Positions 6,717-14,187 of a stretch of DNA of 40,142 nucleotides are shown here, in pieces. The position numbers and the translations under genes are program-made. This DNA is from a virus. The notes below the pieces were generated by a model. That model worked only from the letters and a program-made list of their open reading frames with translations. It had not been told where the DNA came from and did no database searches. How positions within the stretch are numbered: the first letter of the stretch is position 1; each line of letters begins with the position of its first letter. The stretch lies in IMG/VR virus record IMGVR_UViG_3300045988_093281; one strand, given 5' to 3'.

Positions 6717-7157
6717 TTATGCCAACTTGACCGCACTAGCGCAGACGTGTGAGATGGTACCCGCCACGCCGCCGAGAGTGGCGCTGATTGTCGGCGTTCC
6801 GTTGCAGCACACGGGGATATAGATGGTGGTCTCTGCGTGGATCGTGTACACAGCGTCAGCCGCTACCGTCTCCTGCGCGTTGAGGCATGGCAGTGTTGCC
6901 GCGTCTTTTAACCCCTGTAGCACCACTACGCCGGCAGCGGACGGCGCAAACGTCACGTCATAGGCCACACGATACAGCCCGGAGGAGTTGATCTGAAAGC
7001 CTCCCGTAACCGTATCAATGGAGCATCCTGTATCCGTGTTGAGCACGCCCAGCACGGATACGGGGGTTCCGGTGGCAACAAACGCCTGTGATGCGTCGTT
7101 ATAAGCGTTCTGGGCGGATTTGTAGTGGCTGTTTTTCAGTCGGTTGTTACAACTCAT
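6717..7157 (-). CDS. 146-aa beta-rich protein resembling BclA C-terminal / C1q-TNF-like domains (tentative)
   Basis: ATG behind AAAGGAGAA. Pattern FQINSSGLYRVAYDVTF..VVVLQG..AVYTIHAETTIYIP..ISATLGG..HVCASAVKLA, with alternating beta-strand-like segments. Confidence 0.6.
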   Translation of the reverse strand: MSCNNRLKNSHYKSAQNAYNDASQAFVATGTPVSVLGVLNTDTGCSIDTVTGGFQINSSGLYRVAYDVTFAPSAAGVVVLQGLKDAATLPCLNAQETVAADAVYTIHAETTIYIPVCCNGTPTISATLGGVAGTISHVCASAVKLA

Positions 7158-7171
7158 AGTGTTCTCCTTTC

Positions 7172-7201
7172 AAAAATGCCCGGGGCAATTCCGCCCCGGG
7201 C
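7172..7201 (-). terminator. Rho-independent terminator inside the accessory cassette
   Basis: On the minus strand: GCCCGGGGC-ggaatt-GCCCCGGGC followed by ATTTTTG. Confidence 0.7.
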
Positions 7202-7230
7202 TTATCGCTGTTAGAGCGGTTGATTATTGG

Positions 7231-7872
7231 TTATGCGCACCCGCAGCCGCTATTGCAGCCGCAGAAGGGGGACGGCCCAGCTGTGTAAGTGTAACCGTTG
7301 GGATAACGGACAACGCCGTACATACGGTTGTCCGCTTCCAGCGCTGATACCTTGTCCCTCAGCTGCTGAATCTCATTTGCCTGCATCAGTGCCCTGGTCT
7401 GCTCACCCTCTGCGTGGATCGCCGTGGTAATATCGCAGGTCTGCCGGTCAATCTGTGCGGACAGGTTGGCGGTTGCCAGTCTGTTGTCACAGCAACACTG
7501 GGCAATCTGAGACTGGATATTGTTTCCGGTCTGCATGATTGTGGTGTTGGTGCCCGCCTGCGCAAGCGCAACCTCTTTCCCAAGCTGACCGATGTTGCTC
7601 TGCATTTCATAGCCGAGGTTGCAAATTCCGTTGCCCAGGTTGGACAGCCGGTCGTTGATCTGTCCAAACTGCTGCCCAAACAGAATCTCCTGCTGAGAGG
7701 CCGCAGTTGCATAGCGATCAAGCTCCCCGCTGTTCTGGCGGTTAAACCCGTTCCAGCCGCCGCCCATAATGACAAACAGGAACAGGATAATGATCCACCA
7801 TGCTCCGTTGCCTGCCATCCCGTCAGCGTCTTTTGTTACCGCTGCCAGATCGGAAAGACTGTAGTTTTCCAC
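7231..7872 (-). CDS. 213-aa membrane-anchored Q/N-rich protein with Cys clusters
   Basis: GTG 7872 lies 7 nt after AAGGAG. TM segment AWWIIILFLFVIMGGGW, then QCCCDN, RQTCDI, and a C-terminal FCGCNSGCGCA. Confidence 0.75.
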   Translation of the reverse strand: MENYSLSDLAAVTKDADGMAGNGAWWIIILFLFVIMGGGWNGFNRQNSGELDRYATAASQQEILFGQQFGQINDRLSNLGNGICNLGYEMQSNIGQLGKEVALAQAGTNTTIMQTGNNIQSQIAQCCCDNRLATANLSAQIDRQTCDITTAIHAEGEQTRALMQANEIQQLRDKVSALEADNRMYGVVRYPNGYTYTAGPSPFCGCNSGCGCA

Positions 7873-7922
7873 AAAATCACTCCTTGTCGTTAGATTTTAT
7901 ATAACACCGTAGCGCTCCGGGG

Positions 7923-8147
7923 TTATTTCAAAAATTCGGAAAATGCCGTTGCCTGCTGCTTGAGCTGCTGGAACTGCTCCTGCGTCATTTGTCCGGATGC
8001 AAGCATCTGTTCCACCTGCTGTTTCGCCCCTTCCGGAGTCATTCCGGCGGCGAACTTGCGAAACTCTGAAATCATGGCAAGCGGGTTATTTGCTTGCTGT
8101 TTTTGCGGCTGGCTTTGCCGCAGGAATTGGCTCATCGGGTTTGTCAT
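7923..8147 (-). CDS. 74-aa Gln-rich hypothetical protein
   Basis: ATG 8147 lies 9 nt after GGAGG. Translation MTNPMSQFLRQSQPQKQQANNPLAMISEFRKFAAGMTPEGAKQQVEQMLASGQMTQEQFQQLKQQATAFSEFLK. Overlaps the upstream gene by 62 nt. Confidence 0.6.
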   Translation of the reverse strand: MTNPMSQFLRQSQPQKQQANNPLAMISEFRKFAAGMTPEGAKQQVEQMLASGQMTQEQFQQLKQQATAFSEFLK

Positions 8148-8466
8148 TGATTGCTGCCTCCAATCTTGCAATTCGCTTTTCGAGCGTTTTTACGTCAATT
8201 TCCGGTGTCTCCTGATGCAGAGATATATCAAACGGCTGTGTGGTTCGGCACCCGGCTCCGTCAACCTGACAGAGCCACACAAGTGGTGCTGTATCATCCA
8301 TTGCAACAACCCCGCTATTTGGGGCCATTTGGTTGACCAACGCATTTGCTCCGCCCTGGCCTTTTACATGGACCAACTCATATTTCTGCATCTGCTGGGG
8401 CTGTTGGTTGTAGTAGTTGCCATAGCCCTGATACGGGGCATTGTAGGCTCCATACCCATATGCCAT
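8086..8466 (-). CDS. 126-aa protein with a Tyr/Gly/Asn/Gln low-complexity N-terminus
   Basis: ATG 8466 behind AGGAGGTGAGG. Translation MAYGYGAYNAPYQGYGNYYNQQPQQMQKYELVHVKGQGG..., with a coiled-coil-like LEKRIARLEAAIN. Confidence 0.7.
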   Translation of the reverse strand: MAYGYGAYNAPYQGYGNYYNQQPQQMQKYELVHVKGQGGANALVNQMAPNSGVVAMDDTAPLVWLCQVDGAGCRTTQPFDISLHQETPEIDVKTLEKRIARLEAAINDKPDEPIPAAKPAAKTASK

Positions 8467-8520
8467 CCGCCTCACCTCCTGGCTCTATCATACCGCGCCC
8501 CCTTTGCATCCACCATGCGG

Positions 8521-8590
8521 AAAAAATCCCATAAAAATCTCTTAAAAATATCATTTTGGGCTTGACAATTACACACGTGTGTAATATGAT
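8521..8590 (+). promoter_or_regulatory. Strong promoter with phased A-tracts and a palindromic operator
   Basis: TTGACA (8562-8567), 17-nt spacer, TATGAT (8585-8590). The spacer holds the perfect 16-bp palindrome TTACACACGTGTGTAA (8569-8584). A-tracts start near 8521, 8533 and 8544. Confidence 0.7.
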
Positions 8591-8639
8591 AAGGGCAGTT
8601 CAGGGAGACAACAACTAAACAATTCAATGAGGCTTTGAC

Positions 8640-8963
8640 ATGGGCGAAGCAAATAAAGTAGAAATGCGAGATAAGTTTTTGGATAACTGTAGGACAGATA
8701 TCCTTGCGTACTACCGCAAGCGCACCGACAACCTGCTTATTGCTATAAAAGAGGTTTGTGATCTTCCAGGCCACGATTCCCAGCCTGCAAGAGATATTCA
8801 GTCGCAACTCAATGCGCTATTTGACGAGAATCTTTTGTACCTGTCCGCTCTTAAAAAATATTACGGAAGCACATTTATAAAACCGAAAAGGACAGAAGAC
8901 ATTCTCAAAACCGTAATCCTCGCATACAAACAATACGAAAAAACTCTTTATGACCCAGCGTAG
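8640..8963 (+). CDS. 107-aa hypothetical protein (helical-looking, lower-GC gene)
   Basis: First ORF behind the 8562 promoter, with a weak GAGG SD. No family recognised. Confidence 0.7.
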   Translation: MGEANKVEMRDKFLDNCRTDILAYYRKRTDNLLIAIKEVCDLPGHDSQPARDIQSQLNALFDENLLYLSALKKYYGSTFIKPKRTEDILKTVILAYKQYEKTLYDPA

Positions 8964-9003
8964 CAAAAGCAGAAGCCCCGCAAAAGACGTGTAAGGAGGC
9001 AGA

Positions 9004-9204
9004 ATGATGGAACAAGCAGAACAGATTAAGGCGTTACGCGCCAGCACCGGATTGTCACAGAAAAAATTTGCAGAAAAAACAGGCGTTCCGGCGCGAACCA
9101 TTCTTTCATGGGAGACCGGAGACAGAAAGCCACCGGCCTATGTGATTCCGCTGCTCAGGCTGGCTGTGCTGGCCTTGGGCGGAGACGAAAAAAGTAATTA
9201 TTAG
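9004..9204 (+). CDS. 66-aa XRE/MqsA-type HTH regulator
   Basis: AAGGAGG upstream. LRASTGLSQKKFAEKTGVPARTILSWETGDRKPPAYVIPLLRL is a typical small HTH. Confidence 0.85.
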   Translation: MMEQAEQIKALRASTGLSQKKFAEKTGVPARTILSWETGDRKPPAYVIPLLRLAVLALGGDEKSNY

Positions 9205-9233
9205 GGAGATACCCAATCAAGGAGGACAACAAG

Positions 9234-9485
9234 ATGGAATATTACATCAACTACCACACCGGTGCCGGAAATGAATGGTTTGACGGCGACCTGGAAGACG
9301 CGATGAAAGCAGCAGAGAGCGGTGTATGCTACACACAGCAAGACGTAACAATCGAGACATACGACGGCAACGAGTTTGAGCGCGTCGCAAAACTGCCTTG
9401 GTGTGGATGCGCACCAGAAGATGAGGATGATGTGTTGATCGACTACGGATCGTTTGGATATTACGGTCAGTGGGTCGAATATTGA
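9234..9485 (+). CDS. 83-aa acidic hypothetical protein
   Basis: AAGGAGGA upstream. Rich in Asp/Glu (EDEDDVLIDYGSFGYYGQWVEY). Confidence 0.7.
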   Translation: MEYYINYHTGAGNEWFDGDLEDAMKAAESGVCYTQQDVTIETYDGNEFERVAKLPWCGCAPEDEDDVLIDYGSFGYYGQWVEY

Positions 9486-9519
9486 TCTTCGGCGTGATGA
9501 CGTATGGAGGCTTGTAAAA

Positions 9520-10110
9520 TTGAGACTTAGAAAGTGTGCTAACTGTGAGAAAATCTTCTCGGCAGCTGGCAAGGCTGTGCGGCTGTGCCCAGAGTGCGCA
9601 GATGCATCTAAACGGGACGTAATCCGCGAGAGGGTGTGTTGTCAATGCGGTGCCGTATTTGACGGAGGCCCAAGAGCATGGTATTGTCCATCCTGCCGTC
9701 TCGAAAGAATGAGACGGCAGGATGCTGAATACAAACGCAAAGGGCCAGCTCGTAAAATCGGAAGCATAGATGTATGCGCTGTGTGCGGAAAAGAATATAC
9801 CGTAAACAGCGGCCGTCAGCGTTATTGCCCCGCCTGTGCCGAAAACGCGATTAAAGACATCGACCGTGCATCGTCTCGTGAGTACTTTGCTCAGCATAAG
9901 GATGAGCACTACGAGTCACGGAAGGATGCTGTAACGCTTTGCGTAATTTGTGGTAAACCGGTGCCAAAAGGCACGCCGAGCGTTACGTGCTCTAAAGAGT
10001 GCGCCACCTTAGTCCGAAAACGGCACAACCAAAACGCAGATTATAAGCGCGGAAAATCCAACTCGCCATCCAAAATCATCAGATTAGACATCGCCACCAG
10101 AAAGGAGTAA
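9520..10110 (+). CDS. 196-aa protein with four CxxC..CxxC zinc-ribbon units
   Basis: TTG 9520 lies 9 nt after GGAGG. Units are CANC..CPEC, CCQC..CPSC, CAVC..CPAC, CVIC..CSKEC. Confidence 0.7.
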   Translation: MRLRKCANCEKIFSAAGKAVRLCPECADASKRDVIRERVCCQCGAVFDGGPRAWYCPSCRLERMRRQDAEYKRKGPARKIGSIDVCAVCGKEYTVNSGRQRYCPACAENAIKDIDRASSREYFAQHKDEHYESRKDAVTLCVICGKPVPKGTPSVTCSKECATLVRKRHNQNADYKRGKSNSPSKIIRLDIATRKE

Positions 10111-10113
10111 GTA

Positions 10114-10428
10114 ATGACAACACATACGATCTATCAATTTGGCCAGCTTTACCGCGCCCTGACCGACGCAACCCGTCCGCATGGGGCGAATGACGCAGAA
10201 TATCAGAACGCCCTGCATCGTCCACTGACGGAGATTGCAAAGGCTATCAAGCTGGCCCACCAGCTACATGTAATGACCCCGGAACTCAACAGCCTTTGCG
10301 CCGAATTCCTTGACGATGTGTCGCTGGAAGATCTCGAGGCGGAGCAATCCGGCACTGGCCTCACACTCCCACAGCAGGGCACGTTTTCTCTCGGGTATGC
10401 AAAGGGGAAAACTGTTAAGGATAAATAA
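10114..10428 (+). CDS. 104-aa hypothetical protein
   Basis: AAAGGAG upstream. Last gene before the bidirectional terminator. Confidence 0.7.
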   Translation: MTTHTIYQFGQLYRALTDATRPHGANDAEYQNALHRPLTEIAKAIKLAHQLHVMTPELNSLCAEFLDDVSLEDLEAEQSGTGLTLPQQGTFSLGYAKGKTVKDK

Positions 10429-10440
10429 CTCCACATGAGC

Positions 10441-10475
10441 CAAAAAATCCCCCACCTTTCGGTGGGGGATTTTTC
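10441..10475. terminator. Bidirectional terminator
   Basis: AAAAA-ATCCCCCACC-tttc-GGTGGGGGAT-TTTT. Confidence 0.8.
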
Positions 10476-10671
10476 ATACCCGTTTCATTTTATTTTTTAC
10501 CCGTCCGGAAATGTGCCGTATCCCACCAATGGAATACCCCATCGCGTCGCAGCAACTTTCGATCGTTATTCCCGCTGCCCGCAGGTCGAAAAATTCCCGC
10601 TCCAGACTGGTAAAATTGCAGGCTGCCCGGAAATGCTCCAACTCCGGAACTGTATAGTCCTTGATCTGCAT
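10474..10671 (-). CDS. 65-aa sigma-70 region-4-like / LuxR-like HTH protein
   Basis: ATG 10671 lies 8 nt after AGGAGG. Translation MQIKDYTVPELEHFRAACNFTSLEREFFDLRAAGITIESCCDAMGYSIGGIRHISGRVKNKMKRV. Confidence 0.65.
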   Translation of the reverse strand: MQIKDYTVPELEHFRAACNFTSLEREFFDLRAAGITIESCCDAMGYSIGGIRHISGRVKNKMKRV

Positions 10672-10686
10672 CCCCGTCACCTCCTG

Positions 10687-11718
10687 TTACCGATTCAGGA
10701 TAATCAGCACTCGCAATGCACTCAGCGGCATATCCAGCACCATATCATCGCCGCTGCCGCTTTTGCCCTTTAGCTTCCCGGCGTCCACCAGCTTGTCCAG
10801 CTCCTTGCGGTACCCATTCGGCACCTCGCCCAGGGTGTGATACCACGGCTCAATGGGCTGTAGCTTGCCGTCACTGCCCAGTCCGACAACCATGTTGGTC
10901 TGCATATCGCCGTCGGCACCCAGATAATAGGTGTCACCTCCGGCCTCTACCTGCCACGTATTGCTCAACATATAGCCCTCCTTGTCAAAGCTGTACCACT
11001 TGCCGTCGATCTTCGCCCAGCGGCCCTTATAGTAGGTATTGGAGGTATCCGCATACCACCAACCCTTGCTATCCTGATGCCAGCCTACCGTATATTTGCG
11101 GCTGCTGGTGACACTGCCGGAGTGCGCCATTACGTTGATGTCAAACCGTCCAGAGCATCCGGGGATTGTGTAGCTGCTGCTGTACTGCCAAAAGTCCCAG
11201 CTGTTGGTGCTGGCCTTGTCGGCATACTGGGCATACCACTGGGCGTATTTGCCGATCCGATCCTTGTCCACATAGTTGCGGAGATAATCTAAGTTATAGT
11301 ACACGCCAGGAGTATAGCCCCCTGCTTTGACAGCCTCGCAAAATGCCACTGTATGGGCGTTAAACGCTTCCCTGCCCAACGTCACGCCCTGTTTTTTGGC
11401 GTAATCGACGGTATCATACTCAAAATCGTAAAACACCGGAAGGGCAATCTTGTCCTTGTAGGGCTCCAGCATCTTGAGAACAAATGCCGCCTCATTCTTC
11501 GCCCCGGAAGCGTCCAGCGCATAGGAGAAATGATAGATGCCCACATGGATGCCCTGCGCAAGGGCACCTTCGATATTGCGCTTAAAATAGGTATCAGTGT
11601 GGCCGGTGCCGTAGCCGGTGCGGATGATTGCAAAGCTGATACCCGCCTTTTTGATCTTTGCCCAGTCCAGAGCGCCGTTGTGCTCGGAGACATCAATGCC
11701 AATGAGTTTAGCCATCAT
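10687..11718 (-). CDS. Endolysin: GH25 muramidase plus cell-wall-binding repeats
   Basis: GIDVSEHNGALDWAKIKKAGISFAIIRTGYG is a GH25 N-terminus. The C-terminus carries GW/WY repeats (GWWYADTSNTYYKGRWAKIDGKWYSFDKEGYM). Confidence 0.95.
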   Translation of the reverse strand: MMAKLIGIDVSEHNGALDWAKIKKAGISFAIIRTGYGTGHTDTYFKRNIEGALAQGIHVGIYHFSYALDASGAKNEAAFVLKMLEPYKDKIALPVFYDFEYDTVDYAKKQGVTLGREAFNAHTVAFCEAVKAGGYTPGVYYNLDYLRNYVDKDRIGKYAQWYAQYADKASTNSWDFWQYSSSYTIPGCSGRFDINVMAHSGSVTSSRKYTVGWHQDSKGWWYADTSNTYYKGRWAKIDGKWYSFDKEGYMLSNTWQVEAGGDTYYLGADGDMQTNMVVGLGSDGKLQPIEPWYHTLGEVPNGYRKELDKLVDAGKLKGKSGSGDDMVLDMPLSALRVLIILNR

Positions 11719-11920
11719 TATCCTCCTTTACCTCCGGAAGCCCCGCGATACTCGTCAGCAGGCTCACGATGCCCGCCAGAGCCGCAGTGCCCACCACGGT
11801 AACCCAGTCAACCGCCCCGATGGTTACGGCGGCGGGGATCATTGCTACAGCCGTCTGCGCCACGGTTTTTACGGCGCGGATGCCCGCTGCTTTCCACCAG
11901 TTTTTCGTTTTAATGGTCAT
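11708..11920 (-). CDS. Holin (LL-H-like, two TM)
   Basis: 70 aa: KNWWKAAGIRAVKTVAQTAVAMIPAAV..VVGTAALAGIVSLLTSIAGL. Immediately upstream of the endolysin. Confidence 0.8.
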   Translation of the reverse strand: MTIKTKNWWKAAGIRAVKTVAQTAVAMIPAAVTIGAVDWVTVVGTAALAGIVSLLTSIAGLPEVKEDNDG

Positions 11921-12179
11921 GATTATCAGCCTCCAAATCTTTAATCCGATGGTTAATTACCTTGATCTGCTCCTCCACCACCGGCATACGCCGGGCGAAT
12001 CCATTGTGCTCCCTGACCTCCCGGGTCAGCTCCTCAATTTTGGTGTCCGTCACCGCCTGTTTTTGCTCCAGCGTGGCCTGCATCTCTCTGGCAGTACGGC
12101 GGTTGGTGATAACCACGCCCACCAGCGCCAACCCGCCGGTGATGAGAGACGGAGCGACTGCTATGATGATCTCCTGCAT
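11910..12179 (-). CDS. XhlA-like membrane / coiled-coil lysis-associated protein
   Basis: N-terminal TM IIIAVAPSLITGGLALVGVVI, then a coiled coil ending VINHRIKDLE. Lies in the lysis cassette. Confidence 0.6.
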   Translation of the reverse strand: MQEIIIAVAPSLITGGLALVGVVITNRRTAREMQATLEQKQAVTDTKIEELTREVREHNGFARRMPVVEEQIKVINHRIKDLEADNHDH

Positions 12180-12188
12180 ACTGCCTCC

Positions 12189-12527
12189 TCACGGCTCCGG
12201 GTGCAGCATACCGATCAGCTCCGTGTACTGCGTTTCCGTGAGCTTCCCGGCGGCGTAAAAGATGTCGAGTTTATCCTCCATTCCGTCGGTCTGCCCTCTC
12301 TCGATCATGCGTTTGAGTGTCCTGTACAACATTTGCTTACCTCCATATTCTGCGAGCCCAAGCTCCAGCATAGTGAGCCGGTACTCATGATCCACGATTA
12401 GTGCACTGATGTCCTCGGCCTCTGATGGTGGCGCCGGAACCAACTTTGGATCCACCATAGCCTCGTACTCCGCGACTTCCTCCGGCGTAGCATCGCGTAC
12501 AACGCCGTTGATGTATATCCTCATCAC
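12189..12527 (-). CDS. 112-aa fibre-associated protein with an XkdX-like C-terminus
   Basis: Sits between the fibre and lysis genes. C-terminal FYAAGKLTETQYTELIGML resembles XkdX-type tails. Confidence 0.65.
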   Translation of the reverse strand: MMRIYINGVVRDATPEEVAEYEAMVDPKLVPAPPSEAEDISALIVDHEYRLTMLELGLAEYGGKQMLYRTLKRMIERGQTDGMEDKLDIFYAAGKLTETQYTELIGMLHPEP

Positions 12528-12530
12528 GCA

Positions 12531-14174
12531 TCACCTCCCGTATATGGAGAGTGTCCCAGCGACGGCCTTGTACAATGGGTTTGGGACCATGAGCGTTATT
12601 TTTGTTGCAGGGCCAACGCCGAGTATGCCGCTCTGGGAGGATGAGATATACGCTGATACACTCCCAGTTGGATCAGCTCCGGCGTGGGTGTTCTGCAGTC
12701 GCGGTTCCCAAAAAATTCCGTTGTATCTTACGGTGCCGGCAAAATTCCAGCTGTCTGAGCTGCTGCTTACCTGTATCGGCACTAAGTTCGCGCAGATCCT
12801 TTGATCGTTGATATACAGGGCATAATAGCTCTGGATTGTAGCTGTGCTTTTTACCCCCAGACTGATAAAAATCAGCTCTGTGAGGTTTGCAAGCTCGGAC
12901 TGGGTGATAACGTGTACGGAGTTTTGCTCAAAGTCGATTTGGGCGATTAAAGTAGGCTCTCCTTTAGCGCCCCCTCCACTCGCCATATCCACCGGCACCC
13001 ACGCCGTCGGCACCCCGTTAGCATCCACCGCAGAGATTTTAACGGTCTGGCCGACGGTAGCGCCGGTGACATCCAGCCCGGCACCAGCGGGGCCTGTAGG
13101 GCCTGCCGCGCCTGGGTCTCCCTTTGGCCCCTGTGCCCCGTCAAACTCCCCGCTTGCTTTTGCTTGCGCTAGTGCGGCATTGGTGGCGTCCTGTAGCCCG
13201 TCCTGCGTAATGTAGTCGCCCTTTGGCTGTTTTGCATCAAATAATGGCCCCAGCGTCTTCTGTGCCTCGGCCCAGGCACTATTTACAGCGGACGTAACCT
13301 CATTCGGCGTTGCGGCTCCGATCCCGGAGGCGGTGATGGTCACGTGCCCGGTCTCACCGTTGACGGAGGATACACCGGCAACGCCGCCACCGTCTTCAAG
13401 CGCCTTAATGCGTTCCAGCAGCTTCGGGTCGATGTACTTTGTGTCGAGCGTTTTAATGTCCGCAAAGTCCCCTTCGATTTTCCATCCCTTAATGTTTACC
13501 ATGTGGTCAAAAGCAGGGAGGAGATCGATGCTGTTGTCGAAAATCAGGTATGGGTCTGGATTACCGTTTCCGTTGGCATGCCCACAGTAAGGGGCTGGCT
13601 CTATCCCGTCTTTGCCCTCATTAAGGTCTTTGCAGACAAATTCCTCGCCAACGCCAAACCCGCTACCTCTATCGTAGTCTACCCGGTAAGTGTTCCCGAC
13701 GATGAGTCCTAATTCGGGTGAGAATTTCCCATAAGTCTGTTTGATGACCCTCACGTCGTGCTTTGTCCCAACGTAGTGTGTCCTTCCGCGCACATAGTCC
13801 GCCGCACTGTCGTCATTTTGATCCCAGTTGGCCTGCACGTTTGCAGCTTCCAGCGCCGTAATCCGCTTATCCAGCTGTTCCCACGTTTTGATCTCCGTTT
13901 GCGTGTATGCGTATCCATCTGGTTTCGGCCTGCGCTCCACCGGGATTCGCGCGGCATCCAACGTGTGATCCTCTTTATACGTCCAAAGCAGGATGTCCTT
14001 CCCGGTTTGCAGCAGTTCATTTGGCACTTTGACCCACCGGTCTGCTACCGGAAGCTCCACCGCAGAACTCCCAAACTTAAAGTGCACCGTCGGCACATTT
14101 TCCGGTACCTTAACTTTCTGCTCTGTGTCCCACTGCCAGAATTTTAACTGCCCGTTAGATAACTCAATTACCAT
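12531..14174 (-). CDS. Tail fibre / receptor-binding protein with a collagen-like segment
   Basis: 547 aa. G-X-Y run GAQGPKGDPGAAGPTGPAGAG. Last large gene of the tail module. Confidence 0.8.
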   Translation of the reverse strand: MVIELSNGQLKFWQWDTEQKVKVPENVPTVHFKFGSSAVELPVADRWVKVPNELLQTGKDILLWTYKEDHTLDAARIPVERRPKPDGYAYTQTEIKTWEQLDKRITALEAANVQANWDQNDDSAADYVRGRTHYVGTKHDVRVIKQTYGKFSPELGLIVGNTYRVDYDRGSGFGVGEEFVCKDLNEGKDGIEPAPYCGHANGNGNPDPYLIFDNSIDLLPAFDHMVNIKGWKIEGDFADIKTLDTKYIDPKLLERIKALEDGGGVAGVSSVNGETGHVTITASGIGAATPNEVTSAVNSAWAEAQKTLGPLFDAKQPKGDYITQDGLQDATNAALAQAKASGEFDGAQGPKGDPGAAGPTGPAGAGLDVTGATVGQTVKISAVDANGVPTAWVPVDMASGGGAKGEPTLIAQIDFEQNSVHVITQSELANLTELIFISLGVKSTATIQSYYALYINDQRICANLVPIQVSSSSDSWNFAGTVRYNGIFWEPRLQNTHAGADPTGSVSAYISSSQSGILGVGPATKITLMVPNPLYKAVAGTLSIYGR

Positions 14175-14187
14175 TCCCTCACTCCTT

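Noticed and set aside
8640-9204. Calling the 107-aa + HTH pair a canonical HigBA/RelE or MqsRA toxin-antitoxin
   Set aside because: The 107-aa protein shows none of the RelE/HigB/MqsR sequence features I can recognise. It is kept only as one of two hypotheses in the findings.
12531-14174. Diversity-generating retroelement targeting the fibre gene
   Set aside because: No reverse transcriptase gene and no template-repeat copy of the fibre 3' end was seen anywhere in the window.
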